64,000 nt of DNA, from positions 1,674,001 to 1,738,000 of the forward strand of contig JAYWIR010000011.1 in NCBI GenBank assembly GCA_036172245.1, read 5' to 3'. This DNA is from Raillietiella orientalis (Eukaryota). Both the position numbers and the translations under genes were made by a program. The notes below the pieces were generated by a model. That model saw nothing but the letters and a program-made list of their open reading frames with translations, did not search any database and was not told the DNA's origin. Within the stretch, counting starts at the first letter, position 1, and each line of letters begins with the position of its first letter. This document shows positions 53,121 to 64,000 of this stretch, piece after piece.

Positions 53121-54311
53121 ACCTCCGAACGCGGGTTCTGCAGTCGCTGCCGCCCAGATTCCTGCACCCTGACGTTTCGCGGAGCAGAGCAGCCTTCCTG
53201 CGTCTCGTCCCGGAGATTCACGGGGCTGTGATCGCTCCACAGCATCGCCACATGCATCCGCGACCGTCTTGCAGTGCGCATGGGAGGAAGAGACGTGTTC
53301 CCAGGCTGCCTCCATCCTTTGGTCGAGAGAGTTCGAGGAGCGGGCTGTTTCAGGGAGGACAGGGCATGGGGGAGACCAGAAGCAGATATGCGTTGTTTCT
53401 GATCGCGGACGCGCGCGGGGCACGGCGCCTCGTCTGTTGCTGACGGCCGTGGACGAGACGAGACGAAGACGAAACCTCCAGTGCTTAAGAAGCGAATGGT
53501 GGTAGATGGATGTAGCCGTCTTTCAAGCGCTAACGAACGCATTGCCAGCACGAGCCAGGCCCACCAGAGATGCTGAAGGTGCTCAGCATGCGAAGAACCA
53601 CTCGAGCACATCTCCGGTCGCTTCCCCGGCAACAAAACCTTGATCCGGGTCAGGCACTACGCGACCAGGAAAGCCGCCCAGAAATAACGGAAGTTGGTGG
53701 TCCAGTCGGTAACCAGGGAAGGCTCCCTGCTCCTCCCAGACTTGGTGCCTTGAGACGAAGGAAGGGTCATCATTCTCGATGTCGCCTCGGCTCCGTCAGG
53801 AGGTTCTGGCGGGAGGAGGAAAACCAAAGAGGGCAGGTTCCAGGAACCAGCTCTCTTCAGCTTGTACAAGAGAGTCACGCCATCGACATGGGCGATCGAC
53901 GCAGCATCCCTGGGACCCGGTGAAGGATGGGATGTTGAGGGACTGAAGATTCCACAGCTCCAGGAGGAACGCTTCTGGAAGCAGGCGCTCCAGCACTAGT
54001 TCTCCCACGACGACTCCTGGGAGCATGGGCCAGGGTCGTCCGCCGTGAAGCAACAACCCTTCGTAGACCGCAGCCTCAACCGGCTGACGGGATGGAGGAG
54101 ACGACCGTGGAGACGGGGGACACTCTTCCCCCTCTCCTTCCTCCTTTCTCGCAGGAGGTCCGAGGCAGCTGTACCTTAGCGTGTGTGCGTGCCCTGGGAC
54201 TCCTCGCGGCTTCCTTTCACGGCAGAGGCAACCGCTCAGGGCGTTCCTCCTCATGCGGCGCGACCCGTGTCCGAGCGCCTGCTGCAGACCTATCAGCGTC
54301 GTTTTCCACAG

Positions 54312-54511
54312 CTACGACAGCAGGGGCGAGACGCCCACGGTCACGTGCCACGCGTACAGCAGCTCTGTGAACGCTTCCATGACCGTCGACGGGGGTGCTG
54401 CCGTCCTGACCCTCACGAACGCGAGCAGCGACGAGGAGGACGTGTTCTGGTGCCGGGTGGACCACAGGCAGCTGCCGACGAGATACATCCTCGTGAACGT
54501 CACGATGCAAG
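54312..54511 (+). CDS. Sidestep-family IgSF protein, exon encoding the second half of Ig domain 1
   Basis: Acceptor gttttccacag|, donor G|GTGAGT, 200 bp, in frame with the previous exon: (N)YDSRG...AVLTLTNASSDEEDVFWCRVDHRQLPTRYILVNVTMQ. This matches the Sidestep pattern WYK...P+Y.YD.RG...CRVD....PTR...VNLTV. Confidence 0.9.
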
Positions 54512-57500
54512 GTGAGTCACTCGCCGCTCCGCGAAATGTGGCCATCCCAGGCCACATGGTTGCGGCGAGAGAGCGAGAGCACGCGCGAGGGCGCAGACCG
54601 AACTCGCACGTTGCGGAAGACAGGCGCGCCTTCCGGCTCGTTCGTTCACTCGCCTCACGGCGGTTCGGGAAACTCGACTTCCACTGACCCATGGATCGCT
54701 GCCACGAGACCTTGTGCGGGAGATCGCAGGACACACACGTCTCGGCAGTATTTGGGTTTCCTCCCGCCGTCTTGATCTCGAAAGTCCAACCTGCCGAGTG
54801 CCCTGGGGGCAGCGGCCGGTTGGACTTTCGTCACCGAATGCGATGGGAAGGAAGTGAGGAGGAGAGAGGGAGAGAGAAATAGCCGCTCTTCATTATGCTC
54901 ACTCACCTGCATGGCTTAGTATTCGCGCCATGACCTGACCTCCTCCTCGACGATTCGGATGGGGCAAGTTTCACTCGCCGGAGTCGACCAGCAAGCGCAG
55001 GTCGGCTAGTCACAGGGTGCCGAAGAGATGTGATGCCAGAGATGTGTTGCCCGCGAACCCGCTCTCCGGCTCCACGCAACCGAGTGAGCTCGATGTCGCC
55101 TTCTTTTCCAGCGCGGGAGTGAACGAACGATGCCGAGACCTCATGGTCGCCCCCAACGTCCGAAAGAGCTGTGAAGTGAATTCCCGACCCCATAGACTGG
55201 GGCATCCAACAGGTGAAGGAGCACCTGTTAGATGAACTCTCCATCGAGAGTTGTGGATGTGAACGGAGGATTTTCCGAAATGACCCCCCATGACCTTACA
55301 CACATATAGAAGGAGGAGGTGGAGATGGCGGAGACTGCGAAGAGCCGGTCCTCTTTTTCTCCCATGTGACTCCTCTATGATGGCTCCTGCACAAACTCTC
55401 AGGCGAGAAGGTTTACCCTGGAAACGGCAGCGAGGCGAGGCCGAAGACCTATGGACAGTGGGATACACCTCGGCTCCTTTTCAAAGACTTCCTTCTGCTC
55501 GCTCAACTTTTCGAGAGCACCCCTTTTCATCAAAATGCCCTCAAGAGGTCCATCAGGCCTCCCATCGATCTCGTCCTTCAAGTGGGCGCGGTGCCCTTTC
55601 GAAAAGCAGTCCTCGCTCGAGCGAACGGGATCGCTCGGAAATGCCCCAGGGAGTCTTCCTTGGAGAGATGTCGAGGCTCCAGGCGCGACGACGTGCGGTC
55701 GTCGTCTCGGGAACTTCTCTCGACTCGCCCCGAGGGAGGGCGACCGACGCTCTCCCCGCATTCAGGAGCACCCTGGTGGAGCTTCCGGTGGCGCACAAAC
55801 GAAAGTCGTGCTTCGCTCCCGCCTCAGCTGGGACCCATAGGTCAGCTCGCGCGGTTCATCGGGAAAGGCGGAGCTCCGCGAAGGGCGTTCGGCAGACAGC
55901 CCGCTCAGAGGGATTACGGCACCCCCGACGTCTCGTCTCAGCGGGGACGTCCACTGGAGCTCACCTGAGCGAACGTCTCCAAGCCATCCAAGAGCAGCTC
56001 CAGACGGCCGAGCCCCCGGAAGAAGGGCACCAGCCCTTCAACCTCGGGCAGTGCCGAAACTCGGGCAGGCAGATCCGGATGATCCGGTTGTCCGAAGAAG
56101 AACACCGCCAACTCTCCCGTGCGGAGCCGAAGGTGGACTGCGAAGGTGGACGCGCATATCTGGCCAGAGCTGCCATGGCAACAAGGAACTCGAGCCGGAA
56201 GGCTCGAGCGTTCCTCCCGGAAGCGATCTATGAGAGAGCCGGGAGCGCTCCAGAAGCGAAACTTCGCCGTTTCGTTCTTCACCTTTATCTTTGTTCTCAG
56301 CGCATTCTTTGCGCCGTAACAACTTCTGGCAGCGAGAAGCAGTCGAGAGACGTCATCCAGAACGATGGCAAGAATGATGAAGGTGACAAAGAAGGAGGGG
56401 AGGGGGAGGATGGATGGAACCATCTCACTTGCTCCCTTGGACCTTTCGAATTCTTCATCCAGAGCAGGGAGCGATGGTTCCCGGAAGGAGTCCGGAGGTG
56501 GGAATCCTTTCTTTACGGGATGCGGCGGAAGTCTTTGACATTCTCGCGCGCTTCCCGTCGAGGGAGGAGGGGCGAGGCGGTTTGAGCGCTATGAGAGCCA
56601 AAGGGAAAAGAAAAAAAAAACAAAAAGGAATTCTCATCGGAACGGAATCGAAAGGGGAAGTCGGCCGAAACAGGGAATCCAACACTGTGTGGTTGTCGCC
56701 AGGATCCCGCAGAAGGGAACCCGGAAGCGCATGCAAGGATGTGGTGGTAGCAAAACTCTTCCTGCTTCTGCTTCCTGCTTGCAGCTAGGATCGATACGCC
56801 GAGCTCCGTGTTCGCCCATTCCACGTGCAAACGACCTGGAAAGCGCGGAGGCTCAGGGGGCCTTCACTCGGGAGCGCTAAAAGGAGGGTCCACTCGAATC
56901 CCGGAAAAACTGTTTTCCTTTGGACGGTGGAGGCACTCGAAAGAAAGAGAGAGGAGCCATTCCAGGCTCTTCTCCCTCATCTCCCGATCCTCACGCTCAA
57001 AGGGGGAGAGCCGCGTTCGAACTGCTCCTCCTCTCCGGCCTTCAGTTTTCCGCTCCGCCTGCGCTCCGGTGGGGCTCTGCGGCCGATCTGGCCTGATGGA
57101 ATCGCTCGAGTGCAGGGGCAGACCCGATTTTATCCAGTATTCCCGGGTTGCAGGCAAAAGGGGGAAGGGGGGGAGCGCGCTCCTTCCCTCGAAGCTTCTG
57201 TCGGCCGCGGAGGGAGCAAGAGATCTCGCCCGGACCCAGGAGGAGAAGGAGAAAGAGGAGAGAGAACGGCATCCCTGGTGGCATCGGATCGGGAACCAAC
57301 TCCTTAGGAGCGGTCCTTGCAGGCTGCAGGACTTGTGGAAGACTCCCCTACTCGGCGGTGGCGACGGACGGGGAGCGCTCCTGCGGGTACAGAAGGGGGT
57401 CACGTCGTGCTACTGCTGCTCCGTGGGCTGAGGCGCTTCCTCGACGGCTCGAGTCCGCACGTCGCTGCTGCGGACTGCACCCTCAAGGAGATCTGACCAC

Positions 57501-57619
57501 TCGTGAGAACGCTCGAGGATGCTTCCTTTTCCCAGCAAGGCAGCACACGGTGAGCTGTGATGCTGCGACGTGACTCCCCTCCCCCCATGAACAAACGGAT
57601 CGGTCTGCGAGCATCCTCG

Positions 57620-57870
57620 AGGGCCGATCGTAGCCATGCAGCCCGCGTTGGCCGCCGCGCGTGGCAACCGAAGTCGCGGGTTCGAGTCCCACAGGGGGAA
57701 GGATTGATCGCCGAGAAATGGAGGATGCTTCGTGAGCTTCGAGTTCCTCCCACAGGGTGTCCGGAATCGGATGCCCTTGTTGGCTGACCGAGTTTGAAAG
57801 TCGATCCTCTAAGGTTCTTCCAGGATATCACGGAGCCCCTTGGGGTTTCCCTCCGCTGGTTGTGAAGATG
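57620..57870 (+). mobile_element. tRNA-derived SINE, 5' part
   Basis: B box GGTTCGAGTCC at 57679-57689, then GGAAGGATTGATCGCCGAGAAATGGAGG and a second B-like box at 57736-57747. Confidence 0.65.
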
Positions 57871-57949
57871 AGCATCTTCATGGGCAGGTGGTACGTGAGA
57901 CGTTGATGAGGCGTGATGTTGGGTCTGTTTCCGATTTGTGCTGACCATT

Positions 57950-58750
57950 GAGATCAGCGTGAGAACCCGTCAAGGAAGGCCTTCGGTTTCTTTCATTCTC
58001 TTTCCGTCATCCCAGAGTGATTTCTTCTTCTTTCTTCGGAGGAAGGAAGCTGCGAACAGGTGATGGGTTGATCTCCACCATCTCTGCAACACCTCTGTAC
58101 CTGGACCTCCGTCTCTCTTCTCGCGGCTTCTCGTGGCTTCAGCTCATGGAAGGGAACTTTCCTGCTGGGCATTCTAAATGGTCGGTCCTGGATGTTCGCT
58201 GGGAAAACACTTCCGGGAAGGATGCTGGAGGAAGATGCAACCTACTCTGAGAAACCAGCAAGGAATTGTCGCTTCTTCCGTGATGGAAAATCCTATCGAC
58301 CCCCGAGAACCCTCTATGATTGTCTGTGAGATGCCTCGCTTGAGAATAGGCATCGATTCGGTACGGAGGCTGCACACATGTGATTTGGAGCCTGAAATCA
58401 CATCTGAGAAGCCTCCTGAATCAAGAGAAGGGTTTCCATCCGGCCATCCAGTTGATGACACCCTCCTCAAGGCATCCGAAACTCTCATATGCAACCCGGA
58501 GAGGGGGAGCATAGAGCAAAAAAAAGGGTTGATGGAGAGTCCTCCATTCTCACCACACACCACACTGTGATTGGAAGTCCCCCAAATTGGTCCATTTGTT
58601 TTGCAGCCAGAGTCTAACCGAAAGCACGAAAAAAATGGAGCTGCGAGTGACAGATCGCCAGATCGCCGCATGGCGTTCGACCCGAGGGTCACGATTCCGC
58701 TCTGCATCCCATGAATGCAAACAATGAAGCGACTGCTCTTCGCCGCCATT
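57950..58750 (-). mobile_element. Degenerate LINE RT remnant (intronic)
   Basis: DALRRVS (AFD.V-like) and MPILKRGISQ (F.+.RGV.QG-like). Confidence 0.3.
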
Positions 58751-60782
58751 TTCCCGCCACTTGCCAAGGAGGTTTTGTCTTCTCCGAGCGTTTCCTACGC
58801 AGAGAATCGATAATCGGAGGACCGCAATTCGCATCAGGCTGGTCCTATTTAATGGGGGGGGGGGGATCATGACCCGCGCCGTCTCGCTGGATGAGAATCG
58901 CGAGCGGAAAACCCTTCACTTCGGAGAAGAGGTGGTGACCAGGAAGAGAGACCCCGGAGCTCTGAGTGGGAGCTGGAAGGGAGACTGCGAATTCCGTCGA
59001 AATGACTCTCCGATCTTTCGCAGGCTCCCCGTCAAAGCGCTCTCGTAGCAACTCGGGATAGCAACCTGCTGCCGCCCTCCCCTTTTGCTTCAGAGCTCCG
59101 GTTAAAACGCGAGGACCATTTTGATTCCGCCTCACGCGCGCGATCCTCGAGAGAGCGGGAACGGCGAACCGAGACCTCAAAGGAAAACGGGAAGTTCCAG
59201 GGCTCGTCGGCGCGTGCGTCGTCAAGGCGATCCTCTGCATCCCCCCGCAAGCGAGTGAAAGTCCACGTAAAGGCTCCTAGGACTCATACAGATGAGGCGC
59301 CATTGCAAGGACGAAACAAGGCGCTTCTGCTAGATAAACGGAAAGCCTTTCGGGACTGAAAGTCACGTGGGGAGCGATGTCTTCCGGGGCGGAAAAGATC
59401 GGACTCGTGGATCGGACTCACTTTCCGCGTGCTCGAACTTTTTCGGATTGTAAGCGAAGGAGAAGATGGCTGGATGCGTGTTTTCACGGGGCTGATGATT
59501 GGTTCGCGCGCGCGTTCCCACGTGTTTCTGTTCTCTTGATTTCCAAACGCTAACCGTTCTCGCACCCTCAGGATCTCCTCTCGATCGCTGATTCATTCAC
59601 TTCCTCATGGCTTAGCTCACTGCATCCTTCAAGCTCCTTGGTGGACCGCCGCCCTGGTGCGTGCATCTTATGGCATTTCCTGATTTGCGAAGCGGGATGC
59701 TTTTCGACAAGGCGAACCCAAAAAGTGTTCCTCCAAAGTGTGCCATTTTTCTGTTTACCGCATCATAGGGGACCGAAACACTGAAACAGGTGCACGCTAT
59801 GTCGACCGTGTTCCGTCACTGCTCCCCGCTGAAGTTCGATGGAGGCACGATTCTCCTCATCTTCCAGCTTGATAGGGCCGAAGGAGGATTTCACCTGCAT
59901 CGGATCAGGAATTTCTTGCATCGCGTGCGCGGCCTGCGATAGTCCGATTCTTCGAGCGGTAACCACACGATGGGAAAAAAAAAAAAAAAAAACCGTTCCA
60001 AATTCCATTCCAACACTTGGAGACGACCACTGAAACGATACTACGTGAGGCATCAGCCTCGTGGACATGTAGCACGATTTGGGAATCCTGTTTTATGAGA
60101 CAGTGCATCGATTCCAGAAATCCTGAAACGCCATCGTGGGATTCTCCCATTTTACAAAATCCTGGATCGCTCGCGACCCCCACTGCTTATTCGGACTCGC
60201 TGGAAACCCAATGTTTCCGTCTTCCGCTCCTTCGGAATGCTCCTGGTGCCGAGCCACGGATAACGCGTGGCATCCCTGTGGTCCGGCAACCATGCCAACG
60301 ACACGCATCCCGTTCGCATCCGCACTCTGCCGTGATGGCGTGATTTCCACGGGGTGCAAAACCTGCAGGTGGTGAAGAAAGTGTTTGGGGACAAAGGAAC
60401 CGACCTCGGCAGTGCGTGCGCGTGTTCAGCTGGCTCGGGGGAGCACATCATCAACGCGGCGGAAAGCATCGCTGACGGTTGCAGTAACGATGACGACGCA
60501 CTTCGCTGCTGCGCATCATCGCTGGCAGCCGCGCTTCTTCCGGTCATCTGACCCATCCTGAAAACGGAATGGTACAGTGCGTGCTGGGATCGCGGCCACC
60601 TACGGATGTTGACCACTGAAAGAAACTTCGATTTCCCTCCTTTGGCTGCTTGCAAAAAACAAACAAACAAACAATAAAATCCAAGAGGGACCTTTCGCTT
60701 TCCTCTCTTCCCTTCCTATTTGTGTGACGCTATCGTTGAAACTCCAAGTTTAAAACTGAATTTTTTTTTTTTTTTTTTTCAG

Positions 60783-60893
60783 TTACCAAACCTTCCCCCT
60801 CTATTTACAGCAGCGACGGGGATATCGTCACAGGAAGCGTAGGTCCATACAAAGAAGGAGATGAATTCGTCCTCATCTGCAAATGTCAATCCA
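60783..60893 (+). CDS. Sidestep-family IgSF protein, exon encoding the start of Ig domain 2 (gene continues past the window)
   Basis: Long poly-T acceptor ...ttttcag|, donor A|GTAGGT, 111 bp, phase 1-1. (V)TKPSPSIYSSDGDIVTGSVGPYKEGDEFVLICKCQS carries the GPYxEG..L.L.C hallmark of Sidestep Ig2. Confidence 0.9.
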
Positions 60894-61055
60894 GTAGGTC
60901 TTTCCCTGAAATTTGCATGCTGAGCGGATATTCAGTTATTATGTTAGGATAAATAGCATGAGCTTTGCAGAAGCGAGTCTTGAAAAGCAAAAGGAGGATG
61001 AAAAACATCCCGCGAAAAATTCATAAGGCCGTGAATCTTCTGCGGCGAACGTAGC

Positions 61056-61700
61056 TTAAGAATCTCGACTAATGACTTGGACGCGCTGGATGCTGCTCTT
61101 CCTGTCACTCATTACTATGAAACGTCCGTCGGCCAGAACTTCTTCCTCAACGCTGGCAGCGAACTTGTCCAAACGCAGTGGCAGCTGGCCAACACGGGTG
61201 GGAGCAACCCACGTGTAAAAATCCATCGGCGCGTGCAGTGCGCTCCGACCGGAGAGGACGAAAATGCGAGGTGGCGACCCGGAGAAAAAAAATCCTTTCG
61301 GGACGGAGCAGGGCGAAAAGAAAATCGGCATCCAGTACCGCAGCCTCCAAGAGGGTTCGGATGATAGAGGGGCCATTTTGCTGTTCGCTTTCACGCTGCG
61401 GCGCGTGCCGGGTACTCGCATTTACGGCATGGCCGCGTCCGTTCTTGTGCGTCTCCGTCGACAGGTCCGAACTTTACGTGCGATGGAGGCAGAATCTGAG
61501 ATGTGACTCTCTTGGCGTTGCTCTTTTTTGTGTGTGCTTTTTTTCCCGTCGAAGAGATTTTGCCAAGGAGAGACTTTCCGATCACGGTCGAGAACATAAT
61601 CCAGACGCAGGGATGAATGGCATCCTGGATGCGCTGCTGCACAAGGGGTGTCCCTATGGCAATGCTCTGTACGGCACACCGATGGGTGCCGACGCTTGTT
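61056..61700 (-). mobile_element. Degenerate L1/Tx1-like endonuclease remnant (intronic)
   Basis: DFYTWVAPTRVGQLPLRLDKFAAS...VMSDRK matches the APE FTW......SRLD.F.+S...SDH pattern. Confidence 0.55.
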
Positions 61701-64000
61701 GATGCTCGACACGCATTGGTTAGCTCCGTGCAAGAGTGAAAATCCGTGCTCGCGTGCGCTTCCCTGAATGAGGGAGGAGAGCCGTCCAAGTACTTCCGGA
61801 ATTAACCCGACCTCGCGTTTCCGTTGAGTCGGCGAACCCGAGCCGAGAGGACCAGGTCCAAAAACTTTCGGAGGGACGAACCGGTGGACAAAAGCATCGT
61901 GATGAAGTGGGTCTCCAACTTTGAACGTGAGAATTCGGCGGAGCCTAGAAAGTTTCAATCCGTCTCAGAGAGGAATCCTGCCCTCTGCTCTGATTAAGCA
62001 CTGATTAAGATCGCACCCAGCATCAATTATCAATTACGCGGGCGACCGCCTGAGTCGGCGATTCCGTGTGATGCGCTCTGATGCTCGACTTCTCGCCCAG
62101 ACCAACATCTCCTTCTGTTGAATGGGTTCCTCCTGAGAGAGGCTGCGATCATGCAACGAAGAGAATTCACATCTGAAGGAGATGAGTAATGAAAAAAAGG
62201 TTCGGGATAGCGAATCCCTCTCTCGTCAGTGGGGATCGCCATAGCGGCGACGGGGATGTTCCCCTTTGAACTCGAACCAGCACTGATGTGGGACACACCC
62301 ATCTGTCTGTTTGCCCTCTCTTTCGCGATCCGGGGAACCCGCGCGCGAAGAAAGCAGCTTCAGCCCTCTCGTGGGAGTGCATCGGTAGAGCCACGGTCAC
62401 CCTGCTCGGTGCTAACCGGACCCGATGCTGCTCAACTTCGCCGATGCTGAGAGCATCTTGCGGAGATCCAGGAAGTTCTCTGCATAGAGCAGAAAAATCT
62501 CCCTGTGTTGCAGCTTCCCTAACAGTGTGGACCGTCACTTATCGGTGCTAACCCGGAACAATCTTCGAGACTGTAGCACGAATACGAGCCAGGCGCCCGC
62601 ACTCCACCTCCCTCTTCGGCATCGTCCTTCGTTCGAGAGACTCCCGAGATTCGAGACTTTGAACTTTACGAGGCTGCAGCAACTCTGCACTGCTCATCTC
62701 CGTAAGGTGCCCCACCGCCGCCGCCGCCCCATCGCGAGGAACCAGGCAAAAGTCCACTCGGGAGGAACTCTTCAGTCCCTCGATCCCGATGCCGCGACCA
62801 CCCTCTCGATCCCGGATCCCGCCATTCACCTGCGCATGGACCGCCTCCCGCCGAGCGTGCCACTCACTCGCTTTCCGCAGCCGGGAACGAGGTCACGCAT
62901 TCTTCAACGGTCTCGTCTCCCTCCGCGAATGACCGCAAGGGAAAAGTCCGAACAGCGATGTTCACGAGACTTCTCATCCAGCATCCGGACCATCTGTTCG
63001 GAGATGCGGTGCACTCGCGCGCGTTGCCGCGATGTCCGTACCCTCGGGGGGAACAACTCGCACGTGAGCGAATCCACCTCCGCCGGGAAAGAGTGGAGTG
63101 CAGGTCGAGGTGACCGCCAGCCGACGGTTCCCGCCGAGGAGGTTCCTCCGCTTGCCGGAGGCGAGAGGCTCCACCACGGTCGAGATGCATCTGGCGCATC
63201 CCTCTGGGGAACCTCCGCCCCCGCCATTCTTGAGAGCGCCAGAACCGCCGCGATAGGCAAAGGTGACGGCAGGACAGCCCTGAAAAACAGCGAGCCCGGC
63301 GGTCCATTTCGCGACCGAAGCGAACCGCCATTCCCTACCCCCCTTCCCTCCATGTGGGGATCAAGCCTCCTTCATCTTCTCGTTGCCACGGATCCCCGCC
63401 ATGAAGTTCCGCAGAGAGCCCTCCTGTCGCTCCCGAACGAGAGGGACGAAGAGCGGATACGCGCGGGAAGGACCCTGGAAGAACGACGAAACTGCGGCTC
63501 AGCGGTGATTCTCTTGCGCGTTTGAGGACGCCCTCCTCCCGCAACGCCTCTGAGCCGTTTCCATGGTTTCCCGCGCGCTCCGGAGCGAAGAGAGGATCCT
63601 CGCTTTTCAGCCACGGTCGCCGCAGCGGAGAGCGCAGGCATCTTCCGAGGCGGGATGAACGAGTCGCGGCGCTCCCGCAGTCAGAATCCCACGTTCGAGA
63701 TCATCTTACCGAGAGAGAAGGAAGTTTCTCGTCCAGCATCCGGACCAGGGAAAATCCGCAACGGTCGGTCATTCGAACAGCGCCGATAAACGGGTTCCGA
63801 TGAAGAAGAACGGGCCGGGAGCAGACGTCAGAGGAAGGACGGGCACCCGTCCCCGCGGCAGAACTCGCCGTATCCGCCCTCAGGGACCAGGCCCTCGGCA
63901 GGGTTCCACCGGGCTTCTTTTTCCGCTCCCCGGCGGCCCAGCCGCCACCTCGCGGGATCGGTGGCGACGCCCGGCTCGAGGAGCTCGGGCAGCTCACCGT

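Noticed and set aside
55290..56585. 431-aa + strand ORF
   Set aside because: Arg/Ser/Ala-rich with no coherent domain, intronic in GC-rich TE-like DNA; at most faint RT-like fragments.
62527..63525. 332-aa + strand ORF
   Set aside because: Arg/Pro-rich shadow ORF with no Ig or other recognisable motif; not the next Sidestep exon.
62971..63747. Short repeated ttctc.tccagcatccggacca (62971-62992 and 63726-63747)
   Set aside because: Only about 22 bp with weak flanking similarity; probably old TE duplication, too little to interpret.

Overview
Eukaryotic genomic DNA from an invertebrate, probably an arthropod (inferred from the Sidestep-family gene). There are two supportable protein-coding loci. 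(1) A complete alpha-tubulin gene on the minus strand, join(3839..3837,3429..2080), 450 aa, with a single intron directly after the ATG. (2) Three spliced exons of a Sidestep-family immunoglobulin-superfamily gene on the plus strand (50156-50285, 54312-54511, 60783-60893) that continues beyond the window, with a possible signal-peptide exon near 32.5 kb. Nearly everything else from ~5 kb onward looks like a graveyard of frameshifted non-LTR retrotransposon (LINE) remnants. These were recognised by eye from degenerate endonuclease/RT/zinc-knuckle motifs, and most lie on the minus strand. The region also holds a tRNA-derived SINE family with a doubled B-box head, a small AT-rich TIR (MITE-like) family, two near-identical local duplications (1372 bp and 533 bp) and several perfect hairpins. 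No CRISPR array, rRNA or intact tRNA was seen. Most ORFs in the supplied track appear to be GC-rich shadow ORFs. TE boundaries are approximate and no database search was possible.
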